64,000 nucleotides of DNA. It comes from Antedon mediterranea. Its lineage: Eukaryota; Animalia; Echinodermata. The stretch covers positions 19,006,912-19,070,911 of the forward strand of contig NC_092675.1 in assembly GCF_964355755.1 (NCBI RefSeq), in the 5' to 3' direction. The notes under the pieces were generated by a model. It saw nothing but the letters and a program-made list of their open reading frames with translations, had not been told where the DNA came from and made no database searches. Below, one piece after another: positions 41,241-53,790 of this stretch (positions are counted from its first letter, which is position 1; each line of letters opens with the position of its first letter). Made by a program: the position numbers and the translations under genes.

Positions 41241-42469
41241 GTTAGTATATCTTCAATCAATTTTTACACTAAAAATTCAAGTAAACAAAGAATGAACCTT
41301 TTTTTTTGTAGGCCTTATAGACCCTTTGTACCTTATAGTAAAAATAATTTATGGAATACCCACATACTGTAGGGTTTCTTTTGCATTTATCACATTTAAA
41401 GGAATAAAACTAATGCTAGAATTACGGCTGCTTAAACACAGTTAAATTATAAGGACATTGACTGCTGGGAAAGAACATGAGACATGTACTGTACCTAAGC
41501 AGCGGTGGCGTCTCAGGATCTAAAGTCCACAGAAGCAACAGAGTTCTAGCATAATTTGAGGTGGTCTTCATCAAATTTAGGGGAGGCATCTTTTTTTCAT
41601 GGTACTTGTAAATAAAATACTGCGTACAAATCCATTCTTTCAATTTTAAAAATGAAGTGACCTTTAAATAAAAAAAAGTTCTTTATCACAGTTTTGTTCT
41701 CCTGAATTTTATATTAAAATAAAAAGAAATAGGTTTTTTAAACTACTCGCATCAAAAAACTTGCACATTAAATCAAATTATGTTTTAAAATTACAAATCA
41801 CAAATAATAACTCTTGCCTCTTGTACAAAAATGAAGTTTTTTGGACAAGTAGTTCTCGAGAAAATGCAATTTCAGTTTACTTGCTACTTTAAGACTGCTC
41901 GCCGGCTTTTGAAAAATTCTGTCCTATCTTTTAACACTAGCAGGTCTGAAAAGTATACTCAAAAAGTGGTTCAGAATTGGGACCATGGTCCCAAATGGTT
42001 CCAAAATTTAATGGAATGGTCCTTGACCACATATCTATCTGTATATTCATAGACCAATGTATCATGTGGCGGGACACTAAAAAATATGTGTACTATAGCC
42101 GGCCTGGTGAATAAATTCGTCCACGTTCAATCCGTCGTGCAAATAGAGAGTGTACGGTGGAATGTTTGTTTGTGTAAATAAATCACTTACCAACTCAATT
42201 TTCAAACAAGATGAGATTTTTATAGTTAAAATACTACAAAAACATATCAACAATCCCTTCCCATGTGTGCTCCGAACATGTGTGTTTACTGTTTGGCCTC
42301 CCTTACCAAAGCAGAATGCTTAAATAGCCTTCGCTAACCATTCGCTAGGCATTCGAATGCTAATTTACAGGTAATTTTTAGAATTTAGGCATTCATGGTT
42401 AAAACCACTTAAATGGAATGCTAAGAAAAGTTTCCAAGCATCCTTTAGGAATGCTTACAAGAGTCAATA

Positions 42470-42705
42470 AGCATTCAGAAGCTATCCCGAATGGTAGTGT
42501 GAATGCTAAGAGATCATTGCAAGCATTCGGTGGAGATATTCTGAATGGTAGTGTGAATGCTAAAAACATTGGTAGCATTCAGGAAGATATTTTAAATGGT
42601 AGTGTGAATGCTAAAAACATTGGTAGCATTCAGGAAGATATTTTAAATGGTAGTGTGGATGCTAAGATCATTGGTAGCATTCAGGAAGAGATTTTAAATG
42701 GTAAA
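42470..42705. repeat. 51-bp tandem repeat with internal inverted motif
   Basis: About 4.5 units of tagcattcaggaagatattttaaatggtagtgtgaatgctaaaaacattgg. Confidence 0.85.
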
Positions 42706-43140
42706 CAGGGAAATAATTGAATGCTCAACCAATCAGATCAATCCTCAAAAACTGCCAAAAAACAACAACCAATTCAAATTCAAGAGACCAATGACTAGAG
42801 AAAGGCTGAGTTGAGTGAGGAGGCCTATTATAGACCGCAGCCTTCCTTCTTTTTACACCCTGCTGGCAACCCTACACAGATTTTGCTGATATAAAAGGTA
42901 TTGTAACTAGTATCTATACCTGCTCTTTTATCATTCTGTATTTAGCTACTAACTAGCTAGGCCTAATAATAGTAGGAAGTTGAGTTCAGCAGAAAGGGAC
43001 CAGGGCTAGGCTACAGTAGATAGTGAGTGGTTTGGGAGAATTCAGTGGTGGTACCTATAAATTGGATCCCCTAAGTCACTCCCTGGTTATATTGTGTAGC
43101 TAGGCCTAGGCTAGTTATATTAAAATCTAGCTAACCACAT

Positions 43141-45045
43141 CAACAAACAACGAAACCGATGAATGATTGTCGATTACTGATGTGTATGTGTGGTGCGCGC
43201 TTTTAAATTCGTATTGAATATATCGTGCCTCCTCTTCCTCCTACCCGGCTTAATTTGCGTATGGTTTTTGAATGATGATCATGAAACACACAAACGGGTG
43301 TAATTCCATCGTTAGTTACTTTAGTGTTACAATAAAACCGTCTCGGCAATATGATGGAAATAAGCGTCACTGTCGGTAAATGTATACACCGGTCCCAAAG
43401 AGTCAGGGTCAATTACTTTTTTTAAGAAATACGTTTAATGTGTATTATTATTATTATTATAGTTTAAAATATTAAGCGTATTTTATAAATTTCATCTCCA
43501 TCGATTCTACCATCACATTTTAAAATCAAAGTGCTAGGTTTTAAATTCTATCTAGGTTTCTCTCTCTCCCTCTCCTTCTCTCCTTATTAATTTGGATTCG
43601 ACTATGTAGAAACGGAATTTAATTTCCAAATTAAAACACTGCATTGTAACAATATTATAATCGGTCTGCTTTGCTTTTATCGATGATTACAATAGAAATA
43701 AGGGTAGGGCGTGTGTCTGTATAACCGTCGGTCAGTGTACACACCAGGTCACAAAGCTTTAAAGAAATATTTTTAATTGTTATTCCGAATATGTGTGTTA
43801 GAGTAATTCGTTTTGATATATAATCATTTGGTATACTAATAATTTCAACCAGCTGCCTCTACGCGCCTAGTCCGATAAATCCAATCCTAGATTTACCGAT
43901 ATTGCGCCCCCTATATAGTTTTTGATAAATTACTAATAATGTTATGGTATCGATAGATTGTAAGCCAGCTGAATGGTTAGTTCTTGAGTCTCGTAATGTA
44001 ACGCTGTAGCATTAGGCTAGGGTTCGAGAATTGATTTGATATACACACACATATATATATATATATATATTTAATATTTGTTTTACTCACCATCTTCTTT
44101 ATTGACCATAGTTAAGGTTAACTACACGCGATTTGTCAACAAACAACGAAACCGATGAATGATTGTCGATTACTGATGTGTATGTGTGGTGCGCGCTTTT
44201 AAATTCGTATTGAATATATCGTGCCTCCTCTTCCTCATACCCGGCTTAATTTGCGTATGGTTTTTGAATGATGATCATGAAACACACAAACGGGTGTAAT
44301 TCCATCGTTAGTTACTTTAGTGTTACAATAAAACCGTCTCGGCAATATGATGGAAATAAGCGTCACTGTCGGTAAATGTATACACCGGTCCCAAAGAGTC
44401 AGGGTCAATTACTTTTTTTAAGAAATATGTTTAATGTGTATTATTATTATTATTATTCTAGTTTAAAATATTAAGCGTATTTTATAAATTTCATCTCCAT
44501 CGATTCTACCATCACATTTTAAAATCAAAGTGCTATGTTTTAAATTCTATCTAGGTTTCTCTCTCTCTCTCTCCCTCTCCTTCTCTCCTTATTAATTTGG
44601 ATTCGACTATGTAGAAACGGAATTTAATTTCCAAATTAAAACACTGCATTGTAACAATATTATAATCGGTCTGCTTTGCTTTTATCGATGATTACAATAG
44701 AAATAAGGGAAGGGCGTGTGTCTGTATAACCGTCGGTCAGTGTACACACCAGGTCACAAAGCTTTAAAGAAATATTTGTAATTGTTATTCCGAATATGTG
44801 TGTTAGAGTAATTCGTTTTGATTAATAATCATTTGGTATACTGTACTAATAATTTCAACCAGCTGCCTCTACGCGCCTAGTCATAAATCCAATCCTAGAT
44901 TTACCAATATTGCGCCCCTATATAGTTTTTGATAAATTACTAATAATGTTATGGTATCGATAGATTGTAAGCCAGCTGAATGGTTAGTTCTTAAGTCTCG
45001 TAATGTAACGCTGTAGCATTAGGCTAGGGTTCGAGAATTGATTTG

Positions 45046-45128
<83 letters not shown>

Positions 45129-46856
45129 TATTTGTTTTACTCACCATCTTCTTTATTGACCATAGTTAAGGTTAACTACACGCGATTTGTCAACAAACAA
45201 CGAAACCGATGAATGATTGTCGATTACTGATGTGTATGTGTGGTGCGCGCTTTTAAATTCGTATTGAATATATCGTGCCTCCTCTTCCTCCTACCCGGCT
45301 TAATTTGCGTATGGTTTTTGAATGATGATCATGAAACACACAAACGGGTGTAATTCCATCGTTAGTTACTTTAGTGTTACAATAAAACCGTCTCGGCAAT
45401 ATGATGGAAATAAGCGTCACTGTCGGTAAATGTATACACCGGTCCCAAAGAGTCAGGGTCAATTACTTTTTTTAAGAAATATGTTTAATGTGTATTATTA
45501 TTATTATTATTATAGTTTAAAATATTAAGCGTATTTTATAAATTTCATCTCCATCGATTCTACCATCACATTTTAAAATCAAAGTGCTATGTTTTAAATT
45601 CTATCTAGGTTTCTCTCTCTCTCTCTCTCCCTCTCCTTCTCTCCTTATTAATTTGGATTCGACTATGTAGAAACGGAATTTAATTTCCAAATTAAAACAC
45701 TGCATTGTAACAATATTATAATCGGTCTGCTTTGCTTTTATCGATGATTACAATAGAAATAAGGGTAGGGCGTGTGTCTGTATCACCGCCGGTCAGTGTA
45801 CACACCAGGTCACAAAGCTTTAAAGAAATATTTTTAATTGTTATTCCGAATATGTGTGTTAGAGTAATTCGTTTCGATATATAATCATTTGGTATACTAA
45901 CAATTTGAATCAGCTGCCTCTATAAAGGGTCATTTCATACATCTAACGAATGCAAACGGGTACCAGTTTTTTGTTTGTTCTAAAGAATTATCGATGACAG
46001 ATGACCAAGTTGAATACGTTTTCAATAAGAGACATGCATTGCCCTCCTTGGTGCGGGTGTATTGAAGAATAGTTTAGTCATAAAACTGTTAAAAGGTCAT
46101 TTCATACATCGAACGAATTCAATTGTCTTAAACGGCAAGTTAGATATTATAACGCGCCTATAATGCGTACCTTTGCCACTCGGTATTGAATTATGTTTAA
46201 CCATCATCATAAATTTTCTAACATTATACAGTAACATCTAAATGAACATTCTAGAATGTGTTTAGATTTTAAGAAACCGTGTATAATAATTATTATAAGA
46301 ACAATCAGAAACATTCCAAAAGTATCTATTATTTTTGTTCTAAAGAATTATCGATGATAGATGACCAAGTTGAATGCGTTTACAATAAGAGACATGCACT
46401 GTCCTCCTTTGTGCTGGGTGTATTGAAGAATAGTTTTGTCATAAAACTGTTAAAGGGTCATTTCATACATCGAACGAATGCAATTGTCTTAAACTACACC
46501 AGGTCACAAAGCTTTAAAGAAATATTTTTAATTGTTATCCCGAATATGTGTGATAGAGTGATTCGTTTCGATATATAATCATCTTGGTATACTAACAATT
46601 TGAACCAGCTGCCTCTACGCGCCTAGTCGTAAATCCAATCCTAGATTCTATATTTACCGATATTGCGCCCCTATAGTTTTTGATAAATTACTAATACTGT
46701 TATGGTATCGGTAGATTGTAAGCCAGCGGAATGGTTAGTTCTTGAGTCTCGTTATGTAACGCTGTAGCATTAGGCTAGGGTTCGAGAATTGATTTGATAC
46801 ATTTATATATATATTTTTAATATTTGTTTTACTCACCATCTTCTTTATTGACCATC
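43141..46856. repeat. ~1-kb tandem macro-repeat (2 full + 2 partial units)
   Basis: Units start caacaaacaacgaaaccgatg at 43141, 44137 and 45191 (the third runs to ~45921), with a further partial copy at ~46493-46856. Units differ mainly in (TA)n, (TC)n and (TTA)n lengths. Confidence 0.93.
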
Positions 46857-47356
46857 ATCTTTTCTCATCATTTTCTTAGAGGAATATTTTTTTTATATTT
46901 TTTTTTTGTTTTTTTTAAATGAAAATATAACTTCAAGTCAATGATAACAGCGCGCTTCATTGTTAAGCATTCAGGAAGACCATCATGATAACAGCGCGGC
47001 GCTTTATCGGAAAATTTTTCCTAGAATCGGTAGTATACATTTTTATTTTATTCGATGAGAAGTGTATAATAATTACGCGATTTTATTTCTTTCAGTAAAC
47101 ATACTATCTGTACATAATCATTATAAAGTGCGCGTTTATCAATGGTATTCTGGCATGTGTAATGATTAAAACAGAGAACGAGACGGCTAAATTTCATTCG
47201 TTTTATTGGCAACACACACACACACAAAATATATATAAAAAAAACCACATGTATACAATGTAATTTATATAAGACCATAAACATAATTATGAATGCACGG
47301 GGGTATGGTATGAAATCATTTTTTTTTTAATATATACATATTTACATATTATTAGT

Positions 47357-48485
47357 TCATAACGTTTGTTTTGAGCACGTACACGGTGAAAGTTTCTTTT
47401 CACCAGTCTTGTAAACCAGTGGTCTGAATGCGTGCAGTTTGTCCTTTTCTATAATTGCATCTTCTACCAGTCTTATATGGCGTAAATAAGTGTCCACGTC
47501 GTGTCCAAATCGTTCTCTCAGTTTAATCTCCGTACCATCGGACAACATTCTAATCCACGCTTTTCGTCGTTGAACGTGCGACGGTTCGGCTGTCAAGAAA
47601 TTGCGGTTCTTCTAACTTGAATCTTAATCTATCACGATCTACTACCTCCGTTGTTGGATTTCGAAGCGTTTGTGTCAGATACGGATTTTTACACTTGTGT
47701 ACCGGTAGACTACCGCCGTTCTTTTCGGCCAATTGCTGAATGTCTAACGTCTGAAACACATCTCTTGTACTACGATCCACGTACATGATGGTTTTACGTT
47801 CAGTCATATTTTTAAACACGCACTTTTCCAATACACTCTTGATCATCGATTCGCCGGCTTTCACTTTGTAATGCTTACACGCGTCTTCCAATGAATTCAA
47901 CGTCAACAGATTTACGTGAAAGAATACGTTCGGTGGTGGTGTTTCCCAGATGATCGAAGAAGAATTGATCAAGTGTCTCAAGTCGGTTGTTAGCAAATTC
48001 ACACCGTTTCTCAGCTCATCCGCCTCGAACTCGTCATTTACCAGAACGCGTATTCGATTACCTCGGCACGCGTTTTTATCTTCGAGGACAACCTTTGTGC
48101 ACAATTCGAGTATTTTTTTCAAGCGTCTATGTTGTGGCAAAAAGACGCTAACGTGTACCATAAAGGCTCGAGCGTTCGACGTTTCCAATACCAATCTGCA
48201 CGTGTGATCGTTGTTCATCACCGGCGGTGGCATCGGTAGTCTATATCTGCTACCGTCATATGATCTGCATTTCAACACCCTTAAACTGTCGGCAATCTCT
48301 TTCACGTCAACACCGACCGCAATTGATCCGTTTTCGTCGCAGTCTCCAGTCACACACGATTGGATTGTGAGTTTCCTAACGTACGCCAGTCGGGTCTCGT
48401 GAAAATCTAAATTTATTTTTATCCAGTATCTTTCTTCGTTGATAAACTTTTTCGGCACCGATCCTAGATAATTGATGCTGGATTT
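47357..48485 (-). pseudogene. Intronless orphan coding segment of unknown function, 5'-truncated by a transposon and frameshifted near 47600; possibly viral or mobile-element cargo
   Basis: About 310 stop-free codons plus an overlapping 79-codon frame in otherwise stop-rich AT DNA. Visibly higher GC and CpG than the flanks. The first ~23 aa of the ORF-track protein come from the adjacent TIR. Confidence 0.55.
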
Positions 48486-48488
48486 GGG

Positions 48489-51040
48489 CGGGGGGTGCCA
48501 AGTGTCCAACGTCCGGTATGGCGGCCATCTTGATTTCAAAATGGCCACCATAAAAACAAAAAATTTTCATATCTTGGCAACTATACACATTAGAGACTTA
48601 ATTCTGGTCTCAAATTGTTCACAAACTATATATTTCTATTTGCTCTAATGAAAAGTTTCGACCGGAAATGACGTTTCTTACAGTTTGACCTTTGACCTCG
48701 TATTTGTATATCTCTGTAACTACTGGTCATTTTCAATCGATTTTGGTGTCATTTTGTTCAGAATAAATACATTTATATTTGTAGTAATGAAACATTTTCA
48801 CATAAAATGACCGGAAATACAATTTATGACCTTTGACATTAATTTATTGATTTTTATTATGTGAATATACTGTAGGTGGTTTTTGTTGGTTTAAAGTGCA
48901 CCTAATTTTGAACTTTAACCTGATAGGCGTAATTATATTAAATGATTAATGGACTTAAATTGTATATAGTACATAAAATTGGTAAACATTGTGCTTGGTG
49001 GTACCATTAGTTCAATGATGTTGGCACCTTCTGATTCGCTAAAAGTTTTAATAGTTTGACAGAGGAAATAACATACATGTTATTGAATACCGTAAAACCT
49101 CGAAAAGGTGATAGTATAAGCTTCTTTTCGAGACAGACTGTATTTGATTGTCAAATGAATATAGTATGATGATCGTGTTTATATCAATATATTATTAATG
49201 ATCTTACAAAGTAAGCCACAGTTATTCTACAATTTATTGTTTTCCAAGGGGTAGGCCTATTTTGATTGCATCTTATTTTTGTATGCTTCCTCGGTTAATA
49301 TGGTCCTAACCCTCCTTCTTTGTCTGTAGATGATCTTATACCCCATTCTTTGTCTGTGGATGGTCTTTACCCGCTTCTGTGTCTGTTGATGGTATTATTA
49401 CACCCCTTTCTTTATGTGTGGATGGTCTTACACCCATTTCTTTGTCTGTAGATGGTCTTACACCCCTTCTTTGTCTGTGGATGGTCTTACACCCCTTTCT
49501 TTTTTTGTGGACGGTTTTATACCCCTTCTGTGCCTGTGGGTGATCTTATACCCCCTTCTTTGTCTGTTGATGGTATTACACCCCTTTCTTTGTCCGTTGA
49601 TGGTATTACACCCCTTTTTTGTATGTGGATGGTCTTATACACCCCTTTGTGTATGGATGGTCTTGCACTCCTTTAATTTGTCTGTGGATGGTCTTACACC
49701 CCCTTCTTTGTCTGTGGATGGTCTTATTTCTTTGTCTGTGGATGGTCTTATACCCCCTTCTTTGTGTGTGGATGGTCTTACACCCCCTTCTTTGTCTGTG
49801 GATGGTCTTACACCCCCTTTTTTGTCTGTGGATGGTCTTATACCCTCTTCTTTGTATGTGGATGGTCTTACACCCCCTTCTTTGTCTGTGGATGGTCTTA
49901 TTTCTTTGTCTGTGGATGGTCTTATTTCTTTGTCTGTGGATGGTCTTATACCTCCTTCTTTGTGTGTGGATGGTCTTACACCCCCTTCTTTGTCTGTGGA
50001 TGGTCTTATACCCTCTTCTTTGTATGTGGATGGTCTTACAACCCCTTCTTTGTCTGTGAATGATCTTACACCCCCTTCTTTGTCTGTGGATGGTCTTACA
50101 CCCCCTTCTTTGTCTGACCCCCTAATTTGATTGATTAAATTAGACATTGTTTCTTGTATGATTAGGAAACCAAGACCTTTAAAGTGAAAGTCCACAGGTG
50201 GATGCCTAAACAGGTCTTGTACAGAACAGTATATTGTAGGTATATTGAGATGTCTTTTACGAATTGATTTAGTTCAGATTTTGCTAAAAAATCAATGACT
50301 AGAGAAAATCGAGGAAAAGGATTCAGATGAAAGGTTTAACAGCAAAGGCCCATTACCATAAAAATGGAGTACATTTTTTTAGATGCAACGAAAAAACGAT
50401 TGACACATCACAGTTTAGCAAACATGTCGGCATAGATGAGCTCAGTGATCTGTCATACTTTATGCCTATCCTATCACATCAAAAGTTAAAAATTCAGAAT
50501 AATAATTCCGTGTCATTTATTTCGGTAAAAAAATTAGGTGCATTTATACCAATTTAACCACATACAGTATGTTCACAAAATTATATATGTCAAAGGTTAT
50601 AAATTGTATTTCCAGTCATCTTATGTGAAAATGTTTCATTACTACAAATATAAATGTCTTTATTTTGAAAAAAATGACACATAAACCGATTGAAAATGAT
50701 CAGTAGTTACTGAGATATACAGATAAGAGGTCAAAGGTCAAACTGGAAGAAACGTCATTTCCGGTAATTTTTGGACGAAACTTTTCATTAGAGCAAATAG
50801 AAATATGTGGTTTGTGAACAATTTAACACCAGAATCAAGTCTCTACTGTTTATAGTTGCCAAGATATGAACACTTTTTTTTTATGGTGGCCATTTTGAAA
50901 TCAAGATGGCCGCCATACCGGACGTTGGCACCCCCCGATATTTTGAATCTATATACATCAAAGACACTTTGTGGAAACTTTCATGCTTTGGTAATAAAGT
51001 GCACATCTTGGCTATTTTTATGGCGTTAACTGCTCTACTA
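48489..51040. mobile_element. Non-autonomous TIR element (Academ-like, ...CTACTA end), left tip missing
   Basis: A ~350-bp inverted repeat at 48489-48839 / 50587-50937. The right end reads ttaactgctctacta. It shares ttggtgtc..ttgttca and tgacctttgac motifs with the elements at 5006 and 14834. Confidence 0.7.
49310..50116. repeat. ~33-bp minisatellite (tctttgtctgtggatggtcttacacccct) with shorter variants
   Basis: More than 20 tandem units. Explains the overlapping repetitive ORFs in several frames. Confidence 0.95.
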
Positions 51041-53454
51041 AGTATAATCCCACCGAGTGACTTCCAGGAGCAATCCGCCGTTTTCTCACAAATACAGTAC
51101 CAAATTTCACTATAATATTTAAAATCGTAATTGAGTTACACTCAGATTTAAAAAGATGAGGGCTGAGTAAACGGGATCAGCGGTCCTACTCTAACTTATA
51201 CTGGACTATTAAGGAGGTCCCCTAGTATAATCCCACCAAGTGACTCCCAGGATCGGAGCAATCCGCCATTTTCTCACAAATACAGTATCAAATTTCACTA
51301 TAATATTAAAGATCGTAATTGAGTTACACTCAGATTTAAAAGATGAGGGCTGAGTAAACAGGGCCAGCGGTCCTACTCTAACTTATACTGGACGACTAAG
51401 GAGGTACCCTAGTATAATCCCACCAAGTGACTCCCAGGAGCAATCCGCCATTTTCTCACAAATACAGTATCAAATTTCACTATATAAAAAATCGTAATTG
51501 AGTTACACTCAGATTTAAAAGATGAGGGCTGAGTAAACGGGACCAGCGGTCCTACTCTAACTTATACTGGACGATTAAGGAGGTCCCCTAGTATAATCCC
51601 ACCAAGTGACTCCCAGGAGCAATCCGCCATTTTCTCACAAATACAGTATCAAATTTCACTATAATATTAAAGATCGTAATTGAGTTACACTCAGATTTAA
51701 AAGATGAGGGCTGAGTAAACAGGACCAGTGGTCCTACTCTAACTTATACTGGACAACTAAGGAGGTACCCTAGTATAATCCCACCGAGTGACTTCCAGGA
51801 GCAATCCGCCGTTTTCTCACAAATACAGTACCAAATTTCACTATAATATTAAAAATCGTAATTGAGTAAAAACTCAGATTTAAAAGATGAGGGCTGAGTA
51901 AACAGGACCAGTGGTCCTACTCTAACTTATACTGGACGACTAAGGAGGTACCCTAGTATAATCCCACCAAGTGATTCCCAGGTGCAATCCGCCATTTTCT
52001 CACAAATACAGTATCAAATTTCACTATATAAAAAATCGTAATTGAGTTACACTCAGATTTAAAAGATGAGGGCTGAGTAAACGGGACCAGCGGTCCTACT
52101 CTAACTTATACTGGACTATTAAGGAGGTCCCCTAGTATAATCCCACCAAGTGACTCCCAGGAGCAATCCGCCATTTTCTCACAAATACAGTATCAAATTT
52201 CACTATAATATTAAAGATCGTAATTGAGTTACACTCAGATTTAAAAGATGAGGGCTGAGTAAACAGGGCCAGCGGTCCTACTCTAACTTATACTGGACGA
52301 CTAAGGAGGTACCCTAGTATAATCCCACCAAGTGATTCCCAGGTGCAATCCGCCATTTTCTCACAAATACAGTATCAAATTTCACTATATAAAAATCGTA
52401 ATTGAGTTACACTCAGATTTAAAAGATGAGGGCTGAGTAAACGGGACCAGCGGTCCTACTCTAACTTTTACTGGACTATTAAGGAGGTCCCCTAGTATAA
52501 TCCCACCAAGTGACTCCCAGGAGCAATCCGCCATTTTCTCACAAATACAGTATTAAATTTCACTATAATATTAAAGATCGTAATTGAGTTACACTCAGAT
52601 TTAAAAGATGAGGGCTGAGTAAACAGGGCCAGCGGTCCTACTCTAACTTATACTGGACGACTAAGGAGGTACCCTAGTATAATCCAACCAAGTGACTCCC
52701 AGGAGCAATCCGCCATTTTCTCACAAATACAGTATCAAATTTCACTATAATATTAAAAATCGTAATTGAGTTACACTCAGATTTAAAAGATGAGGGCTGA
52801 GTAAACAGGACCAGCGGTCCTACTCTAACTTATACTGGACGACTAAGGAGGTACCCAAGTATAATCCCACCAAGTGACTCCGAGGAGCAATCCGCCATTT
52901 TCTTACAAATACAGTATCAAATTTCACTATAATATTAAAATCGTAATTGAGTTACACTCAGATTTAAAAGATGAGGGCTGAGTAAACAGGACCAGTGGTC
53001 CTACTCTAACTTATACTGGACGACTAAGGAGGTACCCTAGTATAATCCCACCAAGTGACTTCCAGGAGCAATCCGCCATTTTCTCACAAATACAATATCA
53101 AATTTCACTATAATATTAAAAATCGTAATTGAGTTACACTCAGATTTAAAAGATGAGGGCTGAGTAAACGGGACCAGTGGTCCCACCCTAAATTATACTG
53201 GACGACTAAGGAGGTACCCTAGTTTAATCCCACCAAGTGACTCCCAGGAGCAATCCGCCATTTTCTCACAAATACAGTATCAAATTTCACTATAATATTA
53301 AAAATCGTAATTGAGTTACACTCAGATTTAAAAGATGAGGGCTGAGTAAACAGGACCAGCGGTTCTACTCTAACTTATACTTGACGATTAAGGAGGTCCC
53401 CTAGTATAATCCCACCAAGTGACTCCCAGGAGCAATCCGCCATTTTCTCACAAA
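51041..53454. repeat. ~181-bp satellite, 13 full units + partial
   Basis: Units begin agtataatcccacc at ~51041, 51224, 51411, 51590, 51772, 51955, 52134, 52316, 52494, 52676, 52858, 53039, 53221 and 53403. Confidence 0.97.
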
Positions 53455-53529
53455 TATTGAATTTCTAATACTGTACTATAAAAACCTTAAGCAATACTGA
53501 AAATGTGAAAAATACACAAACGGCGTTTC

Positions 53530-53790
53530 ATACTTATTGTCGGCTGGAAAAAATAAAAGTGGGCTGGCTTATTGTCGGCTGGCTTATTGTCGGCTAGCTT
53601 GACACAAGCTGTGTTTTTCACGTATAATAAACAACAACATAAATAAACAACACATCCGCATGCCACCTTGACCTTTGTTGTTGTTGTGGACTTCGAGCGA
53701 ATCATCAACGTCCTCGCGACGACGCGAGTCAGCAGCTGCTGCTGAACTGAGGATCGAGGGGGGGAGAGAGAGAGAGAAGAAGGCAGCGCC
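53530..53790 (+). promoter_or_regulatory. Probable CCDC6 promoter / 5' UTR
   Basis: CpG-rich stretch (cctcgcgacgacgcgag) and three cttattgtcggct motifs upstream of a good Kozak context (gcgccATGG). Confidence 0.45.

Larger units (their letters stand above)
33585..41690 (+). repeat. Segmental duplication copy 2 (paralogous to 1-10130)
   Basis: Collinear match with the window start. Homology stops at ~41690, inside the hAT-like intronic element. Confidence 0.95.

Noticed and set aside
42418-42720. 100-aa ORF with 17-aa repeats
   Set aside because: Translation of the 51-bp tandem repeat; no splice or domain support.
43203-45462. Two identical 69-aa ORFs
   Set aside because: Consequence of the 1-kb tandem repeat; the middle unit has a stop-creating change and there is no coding signature.
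49414-50195. Five overlapping repetitive ORFs
   Set aside because: Artefacts of a ~33-bp minisatellite that is open in several frames.
51041-53454. Twister-like ggtccc...agccc motif on the minus strand of the satellite
   Set aside because: Spacing and the other conserved twister elements do not fit; only simple hairpins are supported.
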